Shown: piece after piece, positions 23,801 to 29,119 of the stretch | Numbering within the stretch: position 1 is the first letter of the stretch | How the letters are laid out: every line of letters starts with the position of its first letter | Source of the DNA: a virus | IMG/VR virus record: IMGVR_UViG_3300036770_001342 | Location: 42,894-106,893 of that record | Direction: 5' to 3' (one strand) | Length of the DNA: 64,000 nt | Notes under the pieces: model-generated | Databases searched by the model: none | What the model was told of the DNA's origin: nothing | The model's input: the letters and a program-made list of their open reading frames with translations, nothing else | Translations under genes and position numbers: made by a program

Positions 23801-25211
23801 ATACATCAATATTTGTATTTGCTACAGTTTGTGGTATGCTTACAAAATATGTGTATTTTCCAGTAAGTCCTGTGGTTTCTGCATCATAACCAGTAATAGT
23901 AGTGCCAGATATAATTCCTGGACCTACTAATGTCATACCTATATTAAATGCTCCGGATACAACACTTTCAAGCGTTAGCAAATTCCCGTTAATTTCTCCA
24001 TTTATAACTGCGTTAGTAGTTACACCTGCTGATATCCAATTAGTATCACCTAAATCGGTTATCCAATACATGGCTCCTGCAACCATGCTTGATGCGGAAA
24101 TTTCAGGAAAACCAGCCGGGCTGTATGCTCTAATATTTCCAAAAGTATTTCCGCTAAAAGTAATACTAGTGCCTATTTCTAAATTTTCTACACTAGTTAA
24201 GGTGATTTCGCCTGAAACGTTTATTTCAGTTGCAGTTGTTGTAATAGGAGCGACTAAATTAGCATAATTAGTATCGTATCTACCTTCGTCAAAGAAATTT
24301 GAAACATATCCTACTTCGTTGCTTATACCGGTATTGTAGAACATTACTGTTCTACCATTAAGTGATGTTACCCCATCAATATTATTAATGTCTGATAATT
24401 TTGCTCCATTAATTTGCGCGAAAGGTTTAGTACTGACCACCCCTACCGGATTATTACCTGGATAATTAAAATTATCTTGCGCATCTTTAAACGGTACATT
24501 GAATGTAATTATACCACTTTTTGCACCATTATTGTCTACACCGTATACATCACGCACATACAAATTTGTTTGTACCGGACTAAATCCGCTTACTCCCGGC
24601 TCACCTTGAATCCAAAATTGTGTATCTTGGTCTACAAAAAAGTTATAGGATCCGCCGCGAATTAATGTAATTGTAGGATTGTCCGCGCCTGCTCCTGCAC
24701 CTACTGCTCTTATGTTATATGTATTAGGTAAACTTTCTACAATGTATTCGTTATTCAAAAATACTGTATCACTAGCAACGATTACTGCGGGAGGTCCTTC
24801 TGGTAGCCAGTAATACTGATTGTAGTTGATGATCATATCTAAGTTGGTAAAACTATCCCAACTGTAGAATTGACTATTAAACAAAGTGCTATTATCGGTA
24901 GTGATGCCGCCTTGTAATTTTAACGCATCTAACAAACCTGGATAACTTATAAAATCTTTTGCAACGCTTTCATTATCTTTTAAAAATGTGATACCGGGTT
25001 CTAATTGATAATCTGTTCTAACTTTAGTTGGCTCCGTGACATAGTAATCGTTAGCATTAATACCGTAACCAAATTTACTTCCCACATAACCTTGAATTTT
25101 TTTAGTTAATGGAGGGTTAACTAATTGATCCAATGTAGCCGAAAGAAATTGGCTATTGGTTGGAGTTTGAAATATGCTTGGTAAAAATTCTAAGGTACGT
25201 ATTCTGGTCAT
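5898..25211 (-). CDS. Giant multidomain baseplate wedge-associated/adhesin-like protein (gp7 position), 6437 aa
   Basis: Directly follows gp6 (TAA-A-ATG). Starts MTRIRTLEFLPSIFQT. Has a VNEVKPYHV wedge-like motif, FG-GAP-like propeller repeats, Asp-box-like repeats and many (P)IVFxGxxFGG..YYV repeats. Confidence 0.75.
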   Translation of the reverse strand: MTRIRTLEFLPSIFQTPTNSQFLSATLDQLVNPPLTKKIQGYVGSKFGYGINANDYYVTEPTKVRTDYQLEPGITFLKDNESVAKDFISYPGLLDALKLQGGITTDNSTLFNSQFYSWDSFTNLDMIINYNQYYWLPEGPPAVIVASDTVFLNNEYIVESLPNTYNIRAVGAGAGADNPTITLIRGGSYNFFVDQDTQFWIQGEPGVSGFSPVQTNLYVRDVYGVDNNGAKSGIITFNVPFKDAQDNFNYPGNNPVGVVSTKPFAQINGAKLSDINNIDGVTSLNGRTVMFYNTGISNEVGYVSNFFDEGRYDTNYANLVAPITTTATEINVSGEITLTSVENLEIGTSITFSGNTFGNIRAYSPAGFPEISASSMVAGAMYWITDLGDTNWISAGVTTNAVINGEINGNLLTLESVVSGAFNIGMTLVGPGIISGTTITGYDAETTGLTGKYTYFVSIPQTVANTNIDVYDLQDGKIFTSTGPISGTGKVKRYDPFIYYVKTINPSNSTITISQSLNGPTFTPGPAASGSMTVRVNEGLYEEGFYVNVNDYFFTITYVGDINDPVIKLTPAISGLIPTEQKITAQFGTAYVGLNFFKNQDGFIEQYPYISAPLDTLYYQDGTNPNKVGVIRLIESNSLNTLNVNTQILGQKNFTSTNGVVFTNGLKVEFDGDVIPTSYLSGQYYVQGVGTAIELIPVETLVVPESFTTETSLPYDTTNFDIGNFDAALFIPENPDYITIARNSINRNAWSRSNRWFHSDVIKATAEYNDDPNILTTFANSANKAKRPILEFYPNLKLFNSGTVAKASVDFVDTRTTDAFSAVAGEAAYYPDVETYTNYSSLATINASPTVTQGQFLIGQQYRVTSIGTTAPAAWVALGVKVFVEGEFVPGIEYVITSLGTTDWNAIAGTIGVTYNIGSIFTAAYSGEIVGSGGGQAAETLFVAQSTGEINSNQIIAGIPYTITQLGTTLWENIGASPTPYVGETFVATAPAVGTGLATQGNGTSLSLTATTITIPAHEVVGNLTVGMYINDQIRYNQSQLPANTRILSIEGTSTYTITVFYPLPTIIPGSASLIVPPAFTSPEISFVANSKNNSDLLLFPGARIVFLNESTPLLKNKIYVANYSKTISGSYPIITLTEALDGEILANDQFAVLRGQNYQGTSFYYDGENFIQAQQKVTINQPPKFDVYDKNGISFGNEEFYESTTFIGCDLLRYKPGVGINDSILGFPISYSSINNVGDITFEVALNVDTFNYVTGIQQNVTETQKVNTGYVYNVTSRTDFERLIGWQTAVAPSVQYQIFEFKYTPDTTIEFAEGDTIFYTVNCDIAQLNVENTIWPSIEVYNNNNILTIDTDYTVEHGSNFTNVTVQIPALFETVIQVALLSNQTSQNAYYSIPINLSNNPFNSDVTTVDIGDIRGHYQSIFYNNPNTTGQVFGANNTRDLGNIIPWGNRIIQNSASLVLPGAFLRQAEHSLFDSLLYNSREYIKFKNLLVETANKIDWQQRYNPSALLDEALDEITSVKNQEMPFFWSDMIPNKAAFITNTYTFFNNIDTTTFPLSKIYNFTTANYDGVLVYLETKLQGTTVTKQLIKNIDYTISTDTPSLIVTKDLINGDKIIIKEYNQTYGSYIPNTPTKLGLYPASVPEVVLDNSYNQPTYFIVGHDGSYTKLYGNYDPVLGLIDYRDQVLLEFETRVYNNLKLSNTIPIQAADIIPGYFRSSTVNYDEWLNMYSATFLDWVGQNRLDYKTQLYLSTNEYTYNYTNSRDKLNKTIVQQGNWRGIYLYYFDTSTPNATPWQMIGYANKPAWWETRYGPAPYTSDNLILWQDMENGLDWNNGDPIEIEIYKRPGLLNILPVNDQGELINPLFALVGNYNPNTFQRDWTIGDVGPVEFSYRRSSTWPYDLMRLQALLKPANFFNLGVDIDNYKYNQEFNQFLIDDRNHLVPQDVQIYGNGTAKTSYINWIVDYEKQLGVDATTNIKNLLTNLDVRLVYRLAGFSDKTLLKFFVEKGTPGSQNSSLLIPDESYQILLYENQPYDKLVYSAVIVQLTSEGYKIFGNSQTTNYFKTLSPVINSNSKTITVEDQTVKVADDYSSTVKLIPYGTVFYTAQEVSQFLMSYGAYLKSIGAKFDIIESGLEINWEQMVAEFLYWTQVGWSVGSIVTLNPAANTLVVDKESQIVQPLTFRQTNFVLNQNLYPIESKDLSIVRDGTLFSVSALNVGDSIAYGQFNLSNIEHGIVFDNTTIFGDVVYNLISGLKQNRIFLQGTKSAEWNGTMFASGFIYNQDNIEEWRENTKYTKGAIVKFKNKYFTALTIVQPSKEFKETEWKETDYNEIQKGLLPNSSTRSYESALYYNTNEANLEEDGDQVAFSLIGFRSRPYMASADLTDITQVNVYKNFIKEKGTRSALSVFKGANLPQGGIDYNIYENWAIMSGTFGGVLNNNFIEFKLNQNLLTGNPGIVGLTTGQTVPGAQQVVPLYSLTNYGQPVNNSNVLPTISQYTPSTVFPDAGYVNFNDVKMSAYFFEQLSVGVNQNGIIVPINDFYVGDYVWIANYLAKWQVMTPNVIAQVIEANANLNGTTTIVFDRPHNLNQFDIFAIINFDNSVNGYYVATQIVNPYQVIVPLVLSNSVRTVTGQGIAYNFSSQRVNQPSDIQNLNLLSKEFVQNTAWVDLNNDGGWAVYRKGINYKYDADFSIENSVTFGSSVAFTSKGDYLFGDAGTGNVYRFQYDALNKVYEQDQTITNDVSFGTNIAYAQNVYAISQATVDPTIYFYYVNDTTITDDIEIFGTVLSAPAGSTNFGTGLAMSGDANWLYVSDYDTNPLNIRNKVHAYRRNNSIVNADALTTGLTYQITALGTTDFTALGAVENKVGIYFVYNGIAATGTGTATNIDYEFVTTIESPEITPDKFGSVIATNYYGNVVVVGSPEYDYDVNTENWGRAYVFNRMIQNFEVQENSTSTPSTFTLAFTPTGSQDPIIYRNGRIVSNTEYTIVGTSLSYTGTLKAGDILEINSCNFNLAQVLTTETNPRIGVMFGTGLDTNKFGNEIIVGAPFALNSTNEEGAAYRFTNAGARFGIVVGTENVNLTTSRDLLINGYLVTLPAGDSDLAALTINQAKITNIEAVSSNGKLIISVIDQNLATLNEKLLLSATDLTTFTELGLTLYTQTQVLQCPHLTGPTQFGYAVAFNESNSVVISAPSGTRYAQTTFDFVDDDDYSNDLVFDNNATQFVDSYPNAGAVYMYDYLANYEENLNNIGAYTYAQSVNAKDQVYGSQPYYGRVLDFNENKVIIGTPNYRPDDIDGQVIVYINELGIPNWSVYRQTNPIVDIDRIQNIQIYNTENNQTLINMDYFDPLQGKLLGAIRQNIDTISNIDPATYNNETNTQSGFVWGAEQTGTIWLDTTNMRFVNYHQNDNVYNSKYWGTLFPGSDVAVYTWVGSNVLPTEYQGPGTPRDVNSYTVQTIINSSNTIQPIYYFWVRNSGLVLGNKTLADVNIAAYIASPISSGITYFAPVDTNVFALYNSQQYINAQESVLHIGYSNGQNDDPSHQSYQLIREDFASDFLPGFVNPTQGIFEPRGLYDRLLDSLAGVDEEGGVLPDPFLPKLVQTGVLARPRQSFFYDRYTALQNYLQYANTVLSLFPITEIRPLISFLNEKGDYYDTTLYWERVNWWSPGYNDNTKAAIQVEFYADLSTLTVATGTIVAVNQNSQGFTEYYRLDENNVWTRIGLQNGTIRFKTELWDYSEGQTGYGDDFYGTTPYDQYPSRETRNIIRALNEQIYTDDLLIYRNKSLILLFEYIQTETVENQNYLPWLNKTSLVDVSHKIRELVPLQNFKSDNQEFLAGYVNEVKPYHVVIKEFLFEYTGEDIYQGNITDFDLPAAYDSATQSFITPQLVYSNPNQQDEFLPDDAVWELPQYTEWRNNYGVSLVGQENYLITETASYLPIGATFLIVDNAQGFPINGTIKIADVENPSRFEIIGYSSVDTNTNTLFGLTRGLNGTPEYDHIPGENVFIDLPPVVVLDGGRGYSNPPRVLAQIDLTKYPAPKEEAVLEAVMSLDSVVGINVINPGIGYAALPNIVIDPAATFTFTSDNVTAVESTIELYAPALQTGDLVRYVNVTGENIGGLENNQYYYINVLSNSPLTILALYANYSDALRDQNRVEIYSQGTGSNHKFELGAKASAVSSSYPIRENNITLRFDRTTYESQITDWVPGSFYGAFFAGSYNNTENVSSSSIDLQSTLPPINTILASNDGLVLPIVNVDNEREIDWSEFERTVANTSSSDIITLDVDVITENASGSTIGFTIGMPIKFIGIPGTSLIVPGTTYYVNEIINETQFKISATQYGPVYNVGDSSSATNLKCYTAQVIDTAIISTYYPGIRNVTATNSTNSVVTIPLTEIGTGGTTGLYTGIPIVFTGNVFGGIEEHVVYFVSAVLDKENFTISDTDEFVRIKALSINASNQIIVQNTTSLNVNDRIVFSNMTVEGEPVTSWGNIQQGNIYYVKTIDVNVITISETLGGSTFALTPVTSNSQTYCFFVDQETNFALTTANGNMTVNIQLPASPGQVDGQLFTFYPTSNQFTNITATNYGNLIERMIDHTSTAANLITLTHKSGGTTGMYIGMPITVDENIGGLIAGTTYTIEEIDEIKIAITNSSASSNTFTVDGTTSSLYENMPIVFSGNPLGSIIIGVTYYVKDIIDSTKFTIKDSLTGDTIALTTNNGSMIGTGPDYVKVNVAITSDDYGPATLSQKITVDPVFDVSYILGGYKVLISNPGAGLTANNTITIPGNLLGGSSPKNDLTIKVNKIDAIVPGTFSWSLPIESNGNIVSVICSGKPNAVTNNYYLKVITANQFKVYSDPRMTIPVSGLTLGYQGATVSTVSSVASNGVITLNDVSEFNLNSAVVFTGNVFGNITLGQTYYITNIDTGSSTITISDEPGGLPVTTSVESGSMTVASSGSFMFLPEPFYFNQSIVKYNNRVYICVVSNNDDQFVFGKWEELNSGDRRLNAMDRVKGYYQPTINMPGTDLNQLFTGVTYPNTTYKGNAFDPADQYDIDTILQDQIFYPENVSINGIAWNGVNYISPANLPNYTAIAKDMEVTDDWLLGRLSNKPLNITDIIKTDDLYVMTSTNSATPILTSTDANGWSINGFFVPFGVEDNELEFERKLLIQSKLAFNNVAYGNGKYVAVGQNICTSDSAVNWVETYKFTTGNTGYIYDVAYVETATFTGFIAVGTKNSNKLVLQSIDGEIWTETLAFINTGATFAQRTAPLKSVTFGNNIVVLAGDLGVVYRSIPGGYAFQGAYGSATSWNSSAYGDGVFAIVGNNGKLITSVNGLTWTEKTTGTTENLNKIYYNSDKNEWTIAGNNNTLFQTSNMNADPIVWDRTQLFSIPDPAYTIKGDPFMSGYGPEELVPGIVTDQLTMTVTTRPGTNWPATEYAHVGYNVVSIELDYDSSGEYSFADVVEVPSSIAVYITDNSLSTAIYPNNDYVVDYVNKTITLNTNITETQQLRVDVYEVGNGDQLVKSNTQIDPLRDNSNTGFQEIWLNCNYTADRLNGSGIIRPTTDPTSTEAIATDSLLNTITVNDVSIFTLNDDVYFTGEVFGGLNENTPYYVKTIDSVQKTITVSDSINEGIAGPIFDLTSDTGSGMIAVAQNGPGLYWTPPAVFYNGNKLINGDTNLVIRSKASDNSLITYSTVGLLPNQKIIFDNNIFGGLIPHKTYYIKEVLSGGTQFTVSDTVGGPAVTLTNALGKSNFITEDYAVMLADNQISAKVVFASEYDTSVDYISFTFFGETLPTQYGYTLPQTQVFAGNGTKGSYYLTNYLGEDNDTNAIVEVNGLRIMPDQYTINYNQAVLVFDTLEPTVNDTIAVTTFNDTQRQYLNTQYELSPINVTAINNVYNTITQPLLDTQTSSAVGGYFIADSTTNMVIGQNVLFQIDIPGSSPVYQGFGGVNTDGTEYKVHEVISGNRFKVIDENGLEYPTVNDSGLMHVAVGGQPAVRVQTAVPHLLSTNDLVRIDGIQGSVQLNNNLFYVHVINSEQFDLYQYFPEHPEENYSPYVDAVNYPITISDSYISGGYVWPSDTWILETTRVTSCTSTELEVQNILPLVLYTPVYFTESNVKLGTSTSIPQIIAGEKYYISSIDHDNNKISVSETINGAPILLTPQLSTNIVLTQWEQTNVDRLWVTVNGKRVPSSELRLNAANEVSILAPIGIDDEIVITSMMPSATPNEMVYVNTVDKNNQGTVYRANSDSRTWLTEVLTEYQNIVYVNDINNLTFKSVQTNVAPIKEAGYYYIPLNADKNDIIDVSVYNNTLGREGLIEEDFLQLEVRSTGPYIRIQEGDWIEQGDLLTITVYEGKLIYMQGEYMRVLSVDQFTNSMEVERGANGSGIQVYIPKYTEVYSFLDKNTMTNINYNDTWNKIPGIYNTTQGDPLQIAEGSAPNFLRLDV

Positions 25212-25212
25212 T

Positions 25213-28200
25213 TTATGCTATTTGTAATTCGTTTGGTGTCAATGCAGGGATAACTAAAATATCGTTTGCTGTTGCTGCGTTAACAAATATTTCAAAAGGA
25301 GCACACTTAATTTCATATAGTGTTCCAAACGGTTCGTTTGGATCATTTGGAACTAATACTGCCGAACTAATTAAACTACCTAATTGATTGTGTAGGTAGG
25401 CGCTTAATTCTGAGAAGAAGAAGGTGTCTCCAAAACTCCAATTATTAATATCAAAATACTGGTTCATACTTGTTAATACTGCACTGCGTATTTCACTGTC
25501 ACTTGCTGTCGTTGTGTTGTTTTTAATAACTTTAATTGTTCCTCTTAAAGCCTGTGCTGCTTTAGGACCAAATAAAGGTTTAAACACTACACTATTTAAT
25601 ACCACACTATCACTCAACATTTTGTAATCATTTACTTTACTATAACTTGCTGACAACTCAGCAATAGTAGGTCTTGATGGTTCTGGTATTGTATTAGTAG
25701 TATCTTGAACATAATTTGAATAGGCTGTATAATATGCTTGAGTTACAACATATAAATCAACTATGTTTGTTGTAGCAGGATCAATACGTGTTGTGTTATT
25801 GCTATTGTGTCTGTATTGAAAACTAAAACCTTGTCTACCATACTTAATTGAATATTCTGGTTGAGGAGTTAATACATAGAAAGGTGTTCTAACTGTAGTG
25901 TCTTGAACAGTTTTATAAAAAATATCATCACTAAAAGCGTAGAACAGTTGACCCACAGGATAATCGTACTTTACTACTTCAATTTGATCCATTGTACCAT
26001 ATTGATAAATGACATCTACTGATGGAACAATTTCTAAACGTGTTAGATTTGCTGCATCCTGAACTGTTCTAAAAAATACATATTTTCCTATATTGCTACT
26101 ACCATTTTCAACACCTGTTAGTGTGCTGAAAAAATCTGGATTTAATATCAATTGTTTATTATTTGTGTCTGTTGCGCTGACTTCTACCTCAAAGTCATTT
26201 ACATAACCATCGCTTTCTACTGTTTGACCTAATATATTAACTTTGTAATCGCGCCCTAAAGCACTAGTAGAACTTGGTGCAGTATTAATACCTAAAACAT
26301 TAATGAAATCTTGTAGTATTTTACCGCTAAATGGATCGTACACAACTTGATTTAAATTGTATGTAAATCTAGTATCGCTAACACTTCCAAAATAATAACG
26401 TAATGAACGTACTAGTATTTGATATCTGCGATTACCTAAACTAGTAAATTGAACAAACCAATTATTATCATTATGTGGACGTATAGTCCATCTGTCCTGA
26501 TTAACTAGTAGTGAATTATTAAAGACCAAACTAAAATCTTGTTCTAATTCCATTTTAACAATGGCTTCTTGTATATTTGAAATACTAATTGAATTATCAA
26601 ATACAGGAATAATTTGTGATAGTAAACAACCACTAGGCACAAATCCATTTAATGTTACTGGTCCATTACCGTTACTAAAATTACCTTCACCATTATTACT
26701 ACCATCGCCTATTACATTTAATACAGTAGTCCAAAGCGTTGTTGGATTAGTGCCCGGCAAACCTAATACTAATCTATTATTATTATCAAAGTAATAACCA
26801 GTTGGAGCAGTAAATTGTAGCATTGCTCCTTTTGTAATATATTTGGTATTAGTAGTTGAGAAAATACCTATCTGTGTTGGTACTCTTATAGTTAAATCTA
26901 CATTATAAAAATAACCATTTTCACTTGTAGCATCTACTGTGCTTGTTTGCCAGTATACTGCTGAAGAGCCAGTGCTAGGTGTAGTAAATCTTTTGTACCA
27001 ACTACCTTCAGTAGTGCTTGTTTGATTTATATAATATTGATTAGCACGATTTAACGCTAATGTTCCGGCAAGTGTATCTGTAAAGAAATTGATGACATCA
27101 CTATTATTATTAATAGTTAAATCTAAAACAATATTATCATTGTTTTCCCAAATTGCACCGTCATCACCAAAACTGTTGATACTGCTATATTTGCCTGTTG
27201 GATCAAGCAAGTCTAAATTCTTTGATACACCAATCGAACTGCGATTGATCGCTTTTGATTTTATAATTGAACTGTATAATGTATATGGGAAATTATTATA
27301 ATCTTCACCATTAACCATACGATTCTGTGTATAGTAACGTGTTGGTGCGCGTTGTTTGATGCTCGGCAAACTTTCGCGTGATTGTGCATTGCTTACTGGT
27401 TGTGTTAACTGTAATCCTAAAGTTAATGTTTCAGCACGACCTTCTCTTGTAATATAAGTAAATGCAACTGTAATGCCTTGCATTTCATTTGGATCAATTG
27501 TATAAGTTAATCCGTTACTTGAACGAACATATGCTCTAAATGTTCCAACAGGAATGTTACTAAACACGCCGTCACCAAAATTATAAGTGACTTGATCATT
27601 AAATCTTGAACTTACACTAAAAATACTTTTTTGTGATGTTTCTGTTTGCAAATAAGCATTAGCATAAACATTGTCAACTTGATTCCATAATATGCGTGTG
27701 TTGTTATTTGCATTTAACTGATATAACCATGTATCTGTATTGTTTATGCCTTGAATATTAATAGGTACTGCTTGATTAGCAATTTGTTGTTCTAACACAA
27801 AATCAAAATTGTTTAATGAGCCCTGTTTAAAATAAAAGAAGTAACCAGTATTTGCACTACCAAAACCTAATCTGTCGTTTCTATACAACATATTAAATTT
27901 ACCAGTAGGTGCCGGTGGCAATTCATATAATGCATCGCTGTCTACACTGGATACACTTACTAATTCAAAATTCATGCTAATACCATCAACTGATGTGCTG
28001 AATGGTACTATTGGTAAACTGTTTGCAGGTATTTGTATTGCGTACTCTGCTGTTGCTACGCCTAATAAGTCGCTTACGTTGCCCGGTCTACCTACACGCT
28101 GACTACTAACTAAAGCAGCATTAATAATTGTATTATACTGTTCAAACCAATTTGGGTTTGCTGGGTCATTCCATAATATAATAGCATTACTTAAATTGAC

Positions 28201-28602
28201 ACCGTTAAAATCTGTTATGTTTTGTGTAGTTTGTATGCTGACTATTTTTAGCATACCTTCAGCACAGAGATTGCGTTTTGGTGTGTAACTGACTAGATTT
28301 GCTAGTTTGATAACGCTATCTCTACGCTCTGCTGTGTCGATAAAGTTCTCGCGGGCGTTTAAGTCATTTCTAAATGCAAGACCTTGACCCATGAATGCCA
28401 TAACGTCAAGTAGTGCGATAAATTCTGACGATTCGATATAATCGTTATATGTTTCTGGGTAGTAAACACGCAGGTAGTCTATGAAACTCTTGCGTAATGT
28501 TTCATAGTCATAACTTCTAAAGTCGGCTTCGCGGAAAGTCTGGTAGATTGTTTTCCAATCATTTACACCAAATAATGCCGCTTGTCTAGAACTTGTAGCC
28601 AT
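25213..28602 (-). CDS. gp6: Baseplate wedge subunit, T4 gp6-like
   Basis: SYDYETLRKSFIDYL...DYIESSE..ALLD...ENFIDTAERRDSV..LA..VSY.P; FGDG.F..IP.G; ES...IK..AP..Y.TQNRMV..EDY. Adjacent to gp25. Confidence 0.85.
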   Translation of the reverse strand: MATSSRQAALFGVNDWKTIYQTFREADFRSYDYETLRKSFIDYLRVYYPETYNDYIESSEFIALLDVMAFMGQGLAFRNDLNARENFIDTAERRDSVIKLANLVSYTPKRNLCAEGMLKIVSIQTTQNITDFNGVNLSNAIILWNDPANPNWFEQYNTIINAALVSSQRVGRPGNVSDLLGVATAEYAIQIPANSLPIVPFSTSVDGISMNFELVSVSSVDSDALYELPPAPTGKFNMLYRNDRLGFGSANTGYFFYFKQGSLNNFDFVLEQQIANQAVPINIQGINNTDTWLYQLNANNNTRILWNQVDNVYANAYLQTETSQKSIFSVSSRFNDQVTYNFGDGVFSNIPVGTFRAYVRSSNGLTYTIDPNEMQGITVAFTYITREGRAETLTLGLQLTQPVSNAQSRESLPSIKQRAPTRYYTQNRMVNGEDYNNFPYTLYSSIIKSKAINRSSIGVSKNLDLLDPTGKYSSINSFGDDGAIWENNDNIVLDLTINNNSDVINFFTDTLAGTLALNRANQYYINQTSTTEGSWYKRFTTPSTGSSAVYWQTSTVDATSENGYFYNVDLTIRVPTQIGIFSTTNTKYITKGAMLQFTAPTGYYFDNNNRLVLGLPGTNPTTLWTTVLNVIGDGSNNGEGNFSNGNGPVTLNGFVPSGCLLSQIIPVFDNSISISNIQEAIVKMELEQDFSLVFNNSLLVNQDRWTIRPHNDNNWFVQFTSLGNRRYQILVRSLRYYFGSVSDTRFTYNLNQVVYDPFSGKILQDFINVLGINTAPSSTSALGRDYKVNILGQTVESDGYVNDFEVEVSATDTNNKQLILNPDFFSTLTGVENGSSNIGKYVFFRTVQDAANLTRLEIVPSVDVIYQYGTMDQIEVVKYDYPVGQLFYAFSDDIFYKTVQDTTVRTPFYVLTPQPEYSIKYGRQGFSFQYRHNSNNTTRIDPATTNIVDLYVVTQAYYTAYSNYVQDTTNTIPEPSRPTIAELSASYSKVNDYKMLSDSVVLNSVVFKPLFGPKAAQALRGTIKVIKNNTTTASDSEIRSAVLTSMNQYFDINNWSFGDTFFFSELSAYLHNQLGSLISSAVLVPNDPNEPFGTLYEIKCAPFEIFVNAATANDILVIPALTPNELQIA

Positions 28603-28622
28603 GATTTATCTCGTATTTTAAT

Positions 28623-28630
28623 TATTTATC
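28623..28630 (-). promoter_or_regulatory. Late promoter (GATAAATA) for gp6
   Basis: Intergenic TAAATA about 20 nt upstream of the ATG. Confidence 0.65.
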
Positions 28631-28656
28631 AATCCGAAAAAACCGGTTTTTTAAGA

Positions 28657-29106
28657 TTAGGCTACACTAGCACTATTAGTATTTGCATCGAAAAATACAC
28701 TTAATAGTTCTGTTTGATTGAATGGAACTACGGATAATTCTATTTCCATTAATATGCCGTTTTGCTGCGGGTACGCATTGACATAATTAATCATAAGTCT
28801 CGGATCCTGACTGGCAATGCGTCTAATTTCAGTTTCTAATGCTAACTGTGTATCTTGAATGTTAGGGTCAAATACATATCCCCAAATAGTAGTACCGTAA
28901 TCAGGTTGACCTACTTTTTCACCCTGACGGATATTAAGTGCGTTTATTAAATCTTGTACTACCAAACGTTCGTCTGTTAAACGATATTTTTTACCTGCTA
29001 TTACTGGGGCAGTAATAGAGCCTACGCCTCCTTGATAACCAGTTTGCATATTGGTTGATCTAGGTTTATTGGCGTTAAGTGTGCTGAATCCTATATATTG
29101 TGGCAT
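28657..29106 (-). CDS. gp25: Baseplate wedge protein gp25-like (GPW/gp25 family)
   Basis: LVVQDLINALNIRQGEKVGQPDYGTTIWGYVFDP...IRRIASQDPRL is the gp25 family signature. Confidence 0.85.
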   Translation of the reverse strand: MPQYIGFSTLNANKPRSTNMQTGYQGGVGSITAPVIAGKKYRLTDERLVVQDLINALNIRQGEKVGQPDYGTTIWGYVFDPNIQDTQLALETEIRRIASQDPRLMINYVNAYPQQNGILMEIELSVVPFNQTELLSVFFDANTNSASVA

Positions 29107-29111
29107 AAAAG

Positions 29112-29119
29112 TATTTATC
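29112..29119 (-). promoter_or_regulatory. Late promoter (GATAAATA), 5 nt before the gp25 ATG
   Basis: GATAAATA-CTTTT-ATG, with no room for a Shine-Dalgarno after the start site. Confidence 0.6.

Noticed and set aside
5898-25211. Intein or intron explaining the giant ORF
   Set aside because: No Hint-like terminal motifs or LAGLIDADG blocks were seen. The length is explained by repeat domains.
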